From a virus (taxonomy: Duplodnaviria; Caudoviricetes), in IMG/VR virus record IMGVR_UViG_3300014091_000001, positions 22,392-86,391 of that record: a DNA stretch of 64,000 bases; one strand, written 5' to 3'. Below the pieces are notes generated by a model that saw only the letters and a list, made by a program, of their open reading frames with translations, was not told the DNA's origin and did no database searches. Position 1 is the stretch's first letter. Each line of letters starts with the position of its first letter. Shown piece by piece: positions 36,956-46,689 of the stretch. Both the position numbers and the translations under genes were made by a program.

Positions 36956-37276
36956 TTACCTCCGCTTATGCCGCAGGCCATAATCGGTACGGGCAGGGCC
37001 GGTAAATACGGCATCCACCAGCGTAACGACGCCTGAATGTTCACGCCGGTAGTAATCCAGCAGCTTACGGGCGGCTTTTTCAGTTAACTGATCGACATAC
37101 AGGCATGCAGCCTGGGGATCGGGATAGTCTTTTTCGAGTGTCAGGAGGGGAACAATGTCGGAAAGGGTACTGACGCCAAAGACGACAACTGGCATACCGC
37201 GCTTATAGCCTGCGGCAAACGAGATTTTGTGGTCGTCAATAACAAACTGCTTGTGGGTCAGAATCGAACCGGACAT
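36956..37276 (-). CDS. Hypothetical protein
   Basis: ATG with AGGAGG RBS; 106 aa. Confidence 0.65.
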   Translation of the reverse strand: MSGSILTHKQFVIDDHKISFAAGYKRGMPVVVFGVSTLSDIVPLLTLEKDYPDPQAACLYVDQLTEKAARKLLDYYRREHSGVVTLVDAVFTGPARTDYGLRHKRR

Positions 37277-37353
37277 TGTGCCTCCTGTCCGGTTAATTCT
37301 GACCTAATGATAAAGCGTATTCAAATAAAAAAGCCTTAGAATGTCGCTTATTA

Positions 37354-38382
37354 TCACTTTTCCATAATGTCAGACATAGCACTGTTTTTGTTTTTCAGCT
37401 TGCGCAGGTATCGCATGACTGTCTCAGGCTTTGCCCAAGTTCCTTCGTGCATGATTTGCGTCATGCTAACGTCACGCTCCGCCATATCCTGCGCGGCGCC
37501 GACACGGGCACTATGCCCGGACCACATAACGTAACGACCTTTATTGGCCGGTTCATCGGATTTCCCCAACAAACGCCATGTATCCTGGAAGATTTTTTCC
37601 ATTGCAGGTGTGGACATTGGCTTTTCTGTAACGGTCACGGTGCCATTTTTACGCACAGCAGAAAAAACAACGGCGTCTGGATGTTCGTAAAGCCCCGAAA
37701 CTTTCAGCCACTGACGTAAAACCCGGCTTGCTGGCAAGCTGAGGTGCTTAATAACACCCGCTGCCGTGAGTACCGTTTTCGTATGGGTTAGCTCCAGTAT
37801 TACCCGTTCGTCATTAACGCTCACGTCTTTAACCCGGATACGTGCAATCTCCTGAATCCGTAGCAACGTGTTATACGCCACAAAGAGGAAAGCGCGGTTG
37901 CGCAGGTCAGCCATACGATCAGACTGCCCAAGGATGTGGCTCGCGATCTGCAAGTCAGTGAACCGGAACGGTACGGCCTGGCCGGTTTTCTCTCCACCCA
38001 TTACAGAGCGGCGGCGAATCTTTTTAAGCGCCAGCAGCACTTCATTGCTGTTCTTCAGATCCGGCAGGCCTGATATGCGCATCAGCATATTCAGCATGGC
38101 GTAGTGCGTGTCTATCGAGCTGGACGCCGCGCCGGTTTCATGGAGGTGGATAAAGTAAGCGCGGGCGTGAGACGGGACCACCGGCAACGCGGGAATTTTC
38201 TGTTGCGCGCACCAGGCGGACCACGACCGGATAACCACCATCAACTTTTTGAACGTGTTTTCAGAATAGGCGTCGCGATCCGCCATGAAAGCACGTAGAT
38301 TTCTTTCCACCTCGCCGGGGGTCAGGCCAGTAAGTGCAGGCAGGCCAGAATCACCTTTTCCAGATACTGTCATTTCATCCAT
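37354..38382 (-). CDS. cre: Cre/Dre-family tyrosine recombinase (closer to D6 Dre)
   Basis: DLRNRAFLFVAYNTLLR, HTKT, PAMEKIF, GHSARVGAA.DM, GTW.KPET.MRY: catalytic R-K-H-R-W-Y all present. Confidence 0.95.
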   Translation of the reverse strand: MDEMTVSGKGDSGLPALTGLTPGEVERNLRAFMADRDAYSENTFKKLMVVIRSWSAWCAQQKIPALPVVPSHARAYFIHLHETGAASSSIDTHYAMLNMLMRISGLPDLKNSNEVLLALKKIRRRSVMGGEKTGQAVPFRFTDLQIASHILGQSDRMADLRNRAFLFVAYNTLLRIQEIARIRVKDVSVNDERVILELTHTKTVLTAAGVIKHLSLPASRVLRQWLKVSGLYEHPDAVVFSAVRKNGTVTVTEKPMSTPAMEKIFQDTWRLLGKSDEPANKGRYVMWSGHSARVGAAQDMAERDVSMTQIMHEGTWAKPETVMRYLRKLKNKNSAMSDIMEK

Positions 38383-38499
38383 AAATCACCAAAATTCTAA
38401 GGAATGTTGCGCTACGCGAATTCTGAGTAAAACTCAGTGGTGTAACGCTCGATTTTTCATGCAGCATAAAAATGATCAATTTCACTTGATAATACCCCA

Positions 38500-38531
38500 T
38501 AACTTTAGATAATGCCTATTATCTAAACCTA
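38500..38531. other. rox-like recombination site
   Basis: TAACTTTAGATAAT-GCCT-ATTATCTAAACCTA; 27/32 identical to rox as I recall it; about 120 bp upstream of the recombinase. Confidence 0.85.
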
Positions 38532-38779
38532 ATGATTTGGGTAAATTGTCTGAAAAGAGAGTGCGGTTAATTGACGAGAAATTCTAAAGGCTTTTGAATA
38601 TACATCTATCAAGCATAAGATGTACCATAGCTGTAAGCGCAGACTGACGAAAAAACAATCGCCTGACGCCTTACCAGACACACACGAGTACCGGTGTCAC
38701 GTTGGCTTACAAAGAATCTTACTTAAAATTCTAAGGGTATTGTAAGTTACGCTACACCAGAAAACGAAGGAGCGCCGCA

Positions 38780-39814
38780 ATGCCGGTATTTGACGATGCA
38801 ATGTTTGAACATCAGTACAAGGAGTTTTTAAAAGTAAAAACTGACTGGCTTGAGCTGGTGGGTTCGCTTGCCGTACATCACAGCAAAAATTCCCGGGATG
38901 AGTTAATTCGCCCGGTCGCATTTTCTAACGATGAAAGTGACTTTTATCGTGCTATTGATTTACATATTAGATGGAAAAAATTTGCTGAAATGGCCGATGA
39001 GCGACGCAAGAAAAAAAGCATTGCGATCCCAGCGTCCTTATATTCACCCGTTCCGTTAATGGTTATTGAACCAGAACGGTTTGGGTTGACGACGTTTAAT
39101 GCCACCACGACGACGACTAATACGCGTGAGGACATTTTGCAGCGTTATGAAAAGCAAAAATTAAAACTAAAGAAAATCCCATACACAGCTGACAGTATTA
39201 AAGCCCTGGATGAGGAAGCGGCATGGTTTGCCGCCCTGCCAGAAGGTAGGCTTTTCCGTTGCCGCACCAGCGGCTATGAGGACACGATCGCAGAGATAAT
39301 TTTTAAAGGAGAGCAAGAGTCCCATAAAACCCGTTACGGGGTTCATGGCGTTTTTGTTTATCATCCTAACTGGACTAAAGAAAACATTATTATTCAGGAA
39401 GGTCCATCCATTGAATATTCGGGAAAGTACGATTTAATTTCACCCGTGAAATGCTCACTTTTCCCTGGCAGCAAACTTTATGATATCGAAGATATAAATA
39501 TTGCGGACAAAAAGGCGCAACAAAGAGCGATTGTGGACCAGGCAATTCATGCCCGACGCTATAACTTCGAACGCCGGGCTAAATCACGCATGATCCGCGC
39601 TGAAACTCAGGAAAAGGCTGAAATTGTTGCAGGTCAGATCGAACAAGACCGGCAGAACATGATGAGACTCAACGAAATGGACCTGCAACTACTGGATAGA
39701 AAATTTGCGTCCGGTAATCTGAATGTGCTCAAAATGACTGAATTACGCGAAATGTACGGCGAAAAGCAGTCCCGCAGAGGAAAGAAATTCAAAGAGCTGG
39801 CTCAACGCGGCTAA
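38780..39814 (+). CDS. c1: C1-type primary repressor (with a C-terminal extension)
   Basis: QYKEF, IRPV, IAIPASLYSPVP, FRCRTSGYEDT, GVF, YDLISPVKC parallel P1 C1; convergent with pacB as in P1. Confidence 0.75.
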   Translation: MPVFDDAMFEHQYKEFLKVKTDWLELVGSLAVHHSKNSRDELIRPVAFSNDESDFYRAIDLHIRWKKFAEMADERRKKKSIAIPASLYSPVPLMVIEPERFGLTTFNATTTTTNTREDILQRYEKQKLKLKKIPYTADSIKALDEEAAWFAALPEGRLFRCRTSGYEDTIAEIIFKGEQESHKTRYGVHGVFVYHPNWTKENIIIQEGPSIEYSGKYDLISPVKCSLFPGSKLYDIEDINIADKKAQQRAIVDQAIHARRYNFERRAKSRMIRAETQEKAEIVAGQIEQDRQNMMRLNEMDLQLLDRKFASGNLNVLKMTELREMYGEKQSRRGKKFKELAQRG

Positions 39815-39844
39815 CCTTCAACGGGGCATCTAATGCCCCGTCCA

Positions 39845-41365
39845 TCAGTCCACCAGACTATCAAACTGTTCCAGCTCCGCCAGCGCGTCCGCGCGCTTCT
39901 CACCCATTTCAAGACCGGTTTCTTCATCAGCTGGCCGGTATGGCATTATCATTTGAAAGCAGTAGGTGTCCCAGCGGTCAGGAGACTTAATATTCAGCTT
40001 GGATCGCATGTGCTCCTTTTTCATCATCGCTACGCGACCGTCTTCCGCTAACGCCCATGGTATTTTCGATGCCTGTTCAGCAGTTTTCTTTGAATTGTCC
40101 AGGCGCATTCTGCCACCCTGCACAGCGTCGCGCGCTGCGAAGTTCGCCCAGGCGCGCTGGTTGACGAATCGCTCTTTATCCTGGCGAGAGAAAAGTTTCT
40201 TGGGGTTCCCCCAACGGATGCGAACTACGTTAATACCGCGACGCTCCAGCTGATCTGCAGTGGCAGAACCTACGCCGTCAGCATCGACGCCAATTGTGAT
40301 GTTAGGGAATTTTGAGGGGACGCATTCGTTAGCAATGTAGTCGCCAAACTCAGTGGGGTTCATATTCCCGGGCATCTCAATGACACCGAAGGGGACGACA
40401 CGCCGCTTGTCACGGTATCCGCTTACGCGAGAAATGTTCAGTACCGATTTATCGCGTCCGTTACCCACGTCAGCTGTAGCCACCCAGCCCCAGCCTTTTT
40501 CGACGTATACGCGGCGGCGCTGAGCGCGCTCACAGGCATCCAGCCCCAGCAGAAATCCGTTAATCTCGCTGGGGAACTGGCCTAACACCTTGACCATGTA
40601 CTCAACGGAATCACGGCCGCCATACTCGGCTAACTTCATAATGATAAAGTCGAGGGTTACGAACGGCGACTCTTCGGAGTTCAGAACAATGCTTGTCCAG
40701 ATACCGTTAGGGTTACTCGGTGTTTTAGCGAGAGAATGATGCGAGTCGTAAAAATAGCCACTCGGCCGCGTCGGCTGCGAGAGCATCAGCATCCTGTTAT
40801 CTTTCTCGGTCAGAGCGCCGGTCATTATGCCGATCGCTTTGTCGCTAATACCCGATGCCTCATCGAGAATCAGTAACAGATGTTTGGCATGCTCACCCGC
40901 TAACGATTCTTCATTACCCAGGCGATAACCCTTGCAGAGCACTTCCCATATGCCTTTACGGGTCCGCTCATAAAACATGGTATCCGTTAGGACAAAATGG
41001 TTTTGCAACCATGGATGCCGTTTTATTGCGTTGGTCCAGAACTGTTTGACGTATTTGAAAACGCCGGTTTTTACCTGCGAAATTTTGTTAGCGACAATTA
41101 CAACGCGCGCATCAGGATACAGGATGATAAAGATCATCAGCATCATGGCCGTCAGGGAGGATTTCCCGGTACCGTGGCCGGATGTGACCGTAGTCCTGCT
41201 ACCTATTTGCTGTACTGATTCAAGTATCTCGTCCTGTTGCCAGCTTGGCTCCATACCAAACAGCTCGACAACGGCCAAACCCCAATCATGGCGATACCGG
41301 ATCACCATATCGCGCCAGCGCGGGTCTTTCGTTACGCACTTTAGCTTCTTTTTGCCGGATGCCAT
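39845..41365 (-). CDS. pacB: Terminase large subunit PacB
   Basis: TSGHGTGKS Walker A, LILDEASG Walker B, ADVGNG RNase H-like, KSPDRWD. Confidence 0.93.
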   Translation of the reverse strand: MASGKKKLKCVTKDPRWRDMVIRYRHDWGLAVVELFGMEPSWQQDEILESVQQIGSRTTVTSGHGTGKSSLTAMMLMIFIILYPDARVVIVANKISQVKTGVFKYVKQFWTNAIKRHPWLQNHFVLTDTMFYERTRKGIWEVLCKGYRLGNEESLAGEHAKHLLLILDEASGISDKAIGIMTGALTEKDNRMLMLSQPTRPSGYFYDSHHSLAKTPSNPNGIWTSIVLNSEESPFVTLDFIIMKLAEYGGRDSVEYMVKVLGQFPSEINGFLLGLDACERAQRRRVYVEKGWGWVATADVGNGRDKSVLNISRVSGYRDKRRVVPFGVIEMPGNMNPTEFGDYIANECVPSKFPNITIGVDADGVGSATADQLERRGINVVRIRWGNPKKLFSRQDKERFVNQRAWANFAARDAVQGGRMRLDNSKKTAEQASKIPWALAEDGRVAMMKKEHMRSKLNIKSPDRWDTYCFQMIMPYRPADEETGLEMGEKRADALAELEQFDSLVD

Positions 41366-42579
41366 TACTCATCCTCCGGCTGTTCAATAGGGATCTCATC
41401 CTCATCACCGTATAAATCTGCGGTGGCCTCATAATCGATATCGAGGCTTTCATGATTGGACTCAAACTCCCCTTCACGGCGCGCCCCTTCCTGAGAAATA
41501 TCACCATAACCCCGCTCATCCACGATGCGCGCTACGGCCTCGCGCTTTTCTTGTATAAGCGCTTCACGATTGGCCTGGCGGGCGCGGTACCGGCGCGCCT
41601 CTTCTTCAAGCTGATCGTCGTCCACTTCGTCCATATCAGATACAGGAGGTTCGGAATCACGGATCTCTTTCTCAAGTCTCAGAGCTATTGAGGCGGGTAA
41701 TTTAACGCCGTGTTTCTCGATAAATTCTGCCGTTTCAAAGATATCCCACTCATGTTCCTCGCGAAGGACGAACGCCTCCGCTATAACATCGCCTTCGTTT
41801 ACTTTAAGCGCGTGTTTTTCTGCTTCTCGGCGGTTCTTATCCCGGCTGGTGGTGATGGCCTCAACGCGAGAAGCGTGGTCATTCATGAGGTAGCCCACCT
41901 CAATCAATAACTTGGTAAGTTTTAAAACAGGATGTGGCCCGCCTGGTGCTGGTTCGCTGTCCTCGTCGCGCCTCTTCGGTGGGTCAATCAGCGCCTGAAT
42001 TTCTTGCTCAAAAACCTGCACTGCGCGGGCTGTAGTGCGTTTTAGCAGGTCCATATGCGCGAGCGTATCCAGAAGGGACTTTGCGGCACTGCTTTCAAGC
42101 CCTTCCTCTATTACTTTGCTTGCAGATGAGTAATCAACCTGGCGAGGATAGCCACGTCGATTCGGTACCAGATTGACCTCGTTAGCCTCTTCGAACTGGC
42201 GTCCTTTTCCCCGGGGCTTTGTGGCATGCTTCGGCCCCTCAGAAATGATCATTTTGGCGCGTGTGCTTTTTTGACGCCTGGTAAGCGCCTTTTCCGGCGT
42301 TGTGTCGCGCGGCGTTTCCGCAACCTCCGCTAAAGCCTTGCTATGAGCGGCTTTGCGCCCTTTTCGTGTAATGATCAAATCGTCCGAGTGATCACTTTTG
42401 AGCTTGGCGGTTTTGGCTGTGGGCTTTTCTGTTTTTTGGCTTAACTGACGGCGAACGGTATTCGGGTTTAAACCGTAATGTTCCGCATACTCTTTGTAGG
42501 TTATGCCTCGCTCTTCCCTAAGTAATTCAAAGGCTTTGCGGTGTTCTTCCCAATCTACTTTAGCCATCGATAGCGCCAT
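41365..42579 (-). CDS. pacA: Pacase small subunit PacA
   Basis: VDWEEHRKAF...YKEYAEHYGLNPNTVRR HTH; directly upstream of pacB; contains TGATCA hexamers. Confidence 0.85.
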   Translation of the reverse strand: MALSMAKVDWEEHRKAFELLREERGITYKEYAEHYGLNPNTVRRQLSQKTEKPTAKTAKLKSDHSDDLIITRKGRKAAHSKALAEVAETPRDTTPEKALTRRQKSTRAKMIISEGPKHATKPRGKGRQFEEANEVNLVPNRRGYPRQVDYSSASKVIEEGLESSAAKSLLDTLAHMDLLKRTTARAVQVFEQEIQALIDPPKRRDEDSEPAPGGPHPVLKLTKLLIEVGYLMNDHASRVEAITTSRDKNRREAEKHALKVNEGDVIAEAFVLREEHEWDIFETAEFIEKHGVKLPASIALRLEKEIRDSEPPVSDMDEVDDDQLEEEARRYRARQANREALIQEKREAVARIVDERGYGDISQEGARREGEFESNHESLDIDYEATADLYGDEDEIPIEQPEDE

Positions 42580-42665
42580 CTAAAACGTCATGGGACGATG
42601 GTATGCGGTCTGTTTTTTGCAGTGATCACTCAAATGATCAAAAACACGATCATTAAAGTTGATCA
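42246..42665. repeat. TGATCA hexamer cluster, probable pac site
   Basis: TGATCA at 42246, 42372, 42389, 42623, 42635, 42660 and CGATCA at 42647; P1 pac consists of TGATCA hexamers at the pacA 5' end. Confidence 0.65.
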
Positions 42666-42785
42666 CCACCAGCGATAACGTTTTATCTCATTATATTTTG
42701 TTCTTTGCGTATGGACTTTTTCGGCCCGAATGGTAAATTTAGGGCGCGATTTAAAATCTGAAATTGTCCAATAAGGAATCTTGAA

Positions 42786-43847
42786 GTGACTAAAAACAGC
42801 AAAGTTTTTGTAGCAGTGGACGCCGGTTCTGGCAACGTAGCATTAACCTTTGAACGTGATGGCCAGATGGTTACTCAGGTTACACCCGCTCTTGTCCGCC
42901 AGGGCAACCAACAAACCATAGCCAGCGAAACCACTTCATCATGGGTAACTGAGGACCGTAATTATGCAGTAGTGAAACAGGGCACGGATTTAGTAGACAC
43001 TTGTGATCCTGATTATCAGATTTCCGCAGCACACCGCGTTCTGGTTATCGATGCACTCTCCCGCGCTGGGTTGACCAATTGTGATGTGGTCCTGGCAGAG
43101 ACATTGCCGGTAAATCAGTTTTACGCAGATAAGGGTGTTATTGACCACAATCGCATCGAAGCGAAAGTGAAAAGCCTTTTAACGCCGGTGCGCAATTACA
43201 ATGAGTCAGTAGCCGCGCCGCGTATCGTTCATGTGGAAGTTTTCCCGGAAGCAATTCCGGCAGTTGTGTCTGCACAGGCAGATGATCCGTCACTGGCAGA
43301 GGCGCAAAGTCTTTTAGTCGTAGACCTTGGGCGCTTTACGTGCGATTTGGCCGTGGTGGATAGCGAATTACAGGTAGTGAGCCGCAGGACTACAGAGAAC
43401 GGCGTTCATGTGATGATTAACAGGGTTCATGAGCTGCTCCAGGATTTTGAGGCCACCAGCCATAACCGTATCGATGCAAAGAACCTCAGCATTGAAAGCA
43501 TCGATCCTATAATCCGTCAGGGCTTTATAGGTTCACGTCTTGAAGCGGCGCGCCATAAACGCATCGACGTAACGCATATCATCAATCAGGCAGCGGGTGA
43601 GTTAAGCGAGATTATTCGTTCAGACATTCGCAAGTTACACCGTAACGTTCGCGACATTGATGCCATACTTCTGGTAGGCGGTGGCGCAAATTATATTGCC
43701 GGTAAGCTTCATGGTCTTGACGATCATACAGCTGAGTGGCACGACGTAGTTATCACCCCCGACTATCCTGAAATGAGCATTGTCCGTGGCGTATACATGG
43801 CGCTGGCGGCCAGTCGGGATGAAATTCTTGCAGAAATGAACGGATAA
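42786..43847 (+). CDS. parM: ParM/StbA actin-like partition ATPase
   Basis: VAVDAGSGNV, TCDPDYQ, AETLPVNQFY, FPEAIP, VVDLGRFTCD, LVGGGA. Confidence 0.88.
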   Translation: MTKNSKVFVAVDAGSGNVALTFERDGQMVTQVTPALVRQGNQQTIASETTSSWVTEDRNYAVVKQGTDLVDTCDPDYQISAAHRVLVIDALSRAGLTNCDVVLAETLPVNQFYADKGVIDHNRIEAKVKSLLTPVRNYNESVAAPRIVHVEVFPEAIPAVVSAQADDPSLAEAQSLLVVDLGRFTCDLAVVDSELQVVSRRTTENGVHVMINRVHELLQDFEATSHNRIDAKNLSIESIDPIIRQGFIGSRLEAARHKRIDVTHIINQAAGELSEIIRSDIRKLHRNVRDIDAILLVGGGANYIAGKLHGLDDHTAEWHDVVITPDYPEMSIVRGVYMALAASRDEILAEMNG

Positions 43848-43852
43848 ACATT

Positions 43853-44341
43853 ATGGGAAACCAGACAATTAAGATCACCGGGCTGGATGATTATGGCCCT
43901 ATTACTGCCGCACTGCAGGATGAGTACAACGGCCTGCAAAGTAACGCCTCTAAACGCCGCCTGATGCTTGATTGTCTGCGTAATGGGTATGCGCTTGAGG
44001 AAATGGGTCTTGGTGGCCTGGTGGACCTGTTAGAGCGTCAGAATTTTATAGCCATGTCCGAAGCTGAAAGGCGTAAGCGTTTCATCGGTCTTATCGGGGC
44101 GTTGATAGGCGAACTACCGGCGAGCCCTGCACCGGCACCTGCGCCAGCGTCGGCAAATGTACCAGTTAATGAGGTGCGAAATGAGCCGGTAATCAGCCAG
44201 GATAACCCACCAGCATTAAAAACCGGCGATGCGACCGCTACGCATAGCGACGATGATATGAGCACAACGCGAGTAGAAAGGTCGCCAACCAATAATCCAC
44301 CGTCTGCTATTAAGCTTCGCAACCGCTCACGGAAACAGTAA
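43853..44341 (+). CDS. ParR/StbB-like adaptor
   Basis: Follows parM; helical N-terminus and Pro-rich disordered C-terminus. Confidence 0.6.
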   Translation: MGNQTIKITGLDDYGPITAALQDEYNGLQSNASKRRLMLDCLRNGYALEEMGLGGLVDLLERQNFIAMSEAERRKRFIGLIGALIGELPASPAPAPAPASANVPVNEVRNEPVISQDNPPALKTGDATATHSDDDMSTTRVERSPTNNPPSAIKLRNRSRKQ

Positions 44342-44726
44342 TTCTGCGGCGGACCGCTTCATTCATAATCTCAAAAGCCATGCGCGAAAGTGCCTGGCTT
44401 TTTTCATACTCCTTTTCCTTCTCTTCCCGGGTTCCATTGTTGAACGGCAGATCGTCAAAGCAGACCTGCCGCCCTCCCCTGATCTTAAATTTGTAGCCCT
44501 TAACAGAAGTGAGCATGTATTGGCGTGGATATGCGCCAGGCTTGCACAAGCAAGCAGCAAAGGGGGATTTGAAAAATGTTCGAACAACGTTCGTCACGGC
44601 AGTATGATCAGCGGTCAGGTGCGGATAGGTCTCGGCCAGCGCGCACATGATTTCGGAAATAGTCATGTATCGATGCTCACGAAGCATGACGTTTGCAACT
44701 TCAACGCTTGTAATTCGTAACGGCAT
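44310..44726 (-). CDS. lpa: Late promoter activator Lpa-like
   Basis: ITSVEVANVMLR..YMTISEI...L..TYPHL resembles P1 Lpa; lies upstream of pacA as in P1. Confidence 0.65.
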   Translation of the reverse strand: MPLRITSVEVANVMLREHRYMTISEIMCALAETYPHLTADHTAVTNVVRTFFKSPFAACLCKPGAYPRQYMLTSVKGYKFKIRGGRQVCFDDLPFNNGTREEKEKEYEKSQALSRMAFEIMNEAVRRRITVSVSGCEA

Positions 44727-44904
44727 GGCGTCTCCCTATCGGCCTATGATAGAGATTCTAAGGAAAATTTATATTTTATCCAGTTTTTGGCGCACATTTT
44801 CACCGTAAGCGCCGTAGCAAGGTGGCTTAGTGAGCTGACATAGTTTTGGAAAGGCTGGGTGCATGCCAGTTCCTATTAAGGAGACTGGCATGCACTCATT
44901 ATGC

Positions 44905-45423
44905 TTAGTTGATTTGGCCGTTCGCGATGGCGGCCGCTTGACGGATAGCTTCTACATAGCTCCACGAAATGATGCCTAAACGTGGCGTAGTAGGATTCTC
45001 TTTGCTGCCGGGTTTACGGTTCGGAATAGCAAAATATTCACTGCTATAAGGAAGCTTAAGGCGGCGTTCAAACTTGAACTTTGTATCGTGAGATAAACCC
45101 GTAAAAACATAATCGGGATCAGTCTTGCGGATAACGATTTCAGTCGGATAAACGTTTTCGGGCTCGGTTCGCTGGCTCGTCCCTGGAATAGCTATAACGT
45201 AGGGTTTGCCATCCTCGACCGTAACACCGACCACAAGTGTCGGGCGAGGTTTTGGGCGGGCTGGTCGTTCGCCTTCTGCTGGAGCTTCCTCGTTAGGGAA
45301 GTAACTCCATACGATACTCCCAAGAGTTGGGGTATCAAAGAATGTATGGGTAACAGCTTTTTGTTGATTGTTCGTTAGACTGCTGGTACTACCGGTACTA
45401 CTTACTTTGACGTTATTAATCAT
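44905..45423 (-). CDS. PemK/MazF-fold toxin-like protein
   Basis: GSIVWSYFP...KPRPTLVVG...VIAIPGTSQ; follows an RHH-like gene. Confidence 0.7.
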   Translation of the reverse strand: MINNVKVSSTGSTSSLTNNQQKAVTHTFFDTPTLGSIVWSYFPNEEAPAEGERPARPKPRPTLVVGVTVEDGKPYVIAIPGTSQRTEPENVYPTEIVIRKTDPDYVFTGLSHDTKFKFERRLKLPYSSEYFAIPNRKPGSKENPTTPRLGIISWSYVEAIRQAAAIANGQIN

Positions 45424-45432
45424 ATTGATTCC

Positions 45433-45714
45433 TTAATATAGTTTCATGAATCGCTCCTCCGGTATGTGCTTAGCGGGACTATTGTCACGATAATACTGGA
45501 TTTGAGCGTCTGTAAAGTCCGCTTCTTCCGCTTCGTAAGCTGGCAGAAATTCATCTGCAAGTTTCCTGAGAGCAAGATGAAGTACATCTGTTTTGCTCAG
45601 GCCCGTTTCTTTAATCAGCTGGTTAAAGGTTTCGTCGCTGACTCCGTTGGGGGTATCCTGGCTTCTCAGCCTGAATAAAAAGCTCGATGCTTGTTTTTCA
45701 GTAGAGATATTCAT
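45433..45714 (-). CDS. Putative RHH antitoxin
   Basis: SFLFRLR...GVSDETFNQLIKETGLSKTDVLHLALRKLA, acidic tail. Confidence 0.65.
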   Translation of the reverse strand: MNISTEKQASSFLFRLRSQDTPNGVSDETFNQLIKETGLSKTDVLHLALRKLADEFLPAYEAEEADFTDAQIQYYRDNSPAKHIPEERFMKLY

Positions 45715-45974
45715 ACTTAATAATTCCTATAATCTCTTTTATGTATTTTCAATGTGTTAGCTGCTGGTTGGAAAAGAGAAAAACGCCCTGCCGCCGTCTA
45801 CACACTGAGTTGCTTTGTTCACTAAGATTTAGCTTTTACATTTTAGGCCTCCTTTATTGAGCAAAAATATTCACTATGGGTATGATATCACTTTGATATA
45901 CCCAAGTCAAATATTTTTTCATTTATGTGTTGACATTGCCTGACGCGGTTGTTATGGGATGGGGTAAGGAATGG

Positions 45975-46050
45975 TGGTGGCCCCTGCCGGGTTTGAACCG
46001 GCGACCTCGCCCTTATGAGGGGCTTACTCTAACCGCTGAGTTAAGGGGCC
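45975..46050 (-). tRNA. tRNA with CAT anticodon, probably Ile2 (lysidine; ileX/P1 trnI-like)
   Basis: 76 nt cloverleaf GGCCCCT...CTCATAA...GGTTCAAAC...AGGGGCCACCA; acceptor stem as in E. coli ileX; encoded CCA. Confidence 0.9.
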
Positions 46051-46205
46051 ATAGGTGATGTGGGTGAGACACCAGGGCGCTACCCCTGCTTATTTCCGGT
46101 CCGCTCAGTTTTAGTATTGACTGCCCAAGTGCAGCCCAGCCGACTGTATACCGGTCTTTCCTCCCGCCTGCGGTGCAGCTCGCTGGAGCACGTCTCAATA
46201 TCCTT

Positions 46206-46661
46206 TTAGCTGTTCTTTTCTATCTGCCGTATCAGTCGCTCATCCAGCTCACGGCGGTAGCCCAGCATGTAATCGAGCTGGCTGTTCAGGCTACCTTGCT
46301 CCAGAAAAGGCAGAGCGAGGAAGGCATCCGTTCCGATAAACGCCACCAGCTTTTGAATACGATCATTTAACTGAACCCGTTCACCCTTAATGCGTTGCGC
46401 GAACGGAGGAAGGTTTACATTGCCTACCAGCGTATGTGCGCTTTCAAACACTTCCTTTGGCAACCAACTTACATGACCAACGAATTCCGGCGTGTTGGCC
46501 GTACCGCTCTGGTTTTCGACTAAATAGCCTTCATCGTCGCCGTTCTCATTAGAAGGCAACTGCCAGCCCCGGAAAGAGTTATACGCGGCGCGAGTCATGG
46601 GCTTAGCAAAAGAGTAAACGGTGCCGACATAGAGCGGCATATCCTGGTACTTTTGTTTCAT
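46206..46661 (-). CDS. Two-domain phage protein (DUF2829-associated N-terminal domain plus crAss001_48-like helical domain)
   Basis: YVGT...AKPMTRAAYNSFRGWQLPSNENGDDEGYLVE...SWLPKEVFE then QRIKGERVQLNDRIQKL..F...QL.YM..Y...L..R. Confidence 0.6.
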   Translation of the reverse strand: MKQKYQDMPLYVGTVYSFAKPMTRAAYNSFRGWQLPSNENGDDEGYLVENQSGTANTPEFVGHVSWLPKEVFESAHTLVGNVNLPPFAQRIKGERVQLNDRIQKLVAFIGTDAFLALPFLEQGSLNSQLDYMLGYRRELDERLIRQIEKNS

Positions 46662-46689
46662 TACGTTGTCTCGGAGGGAAAGGATCAAG

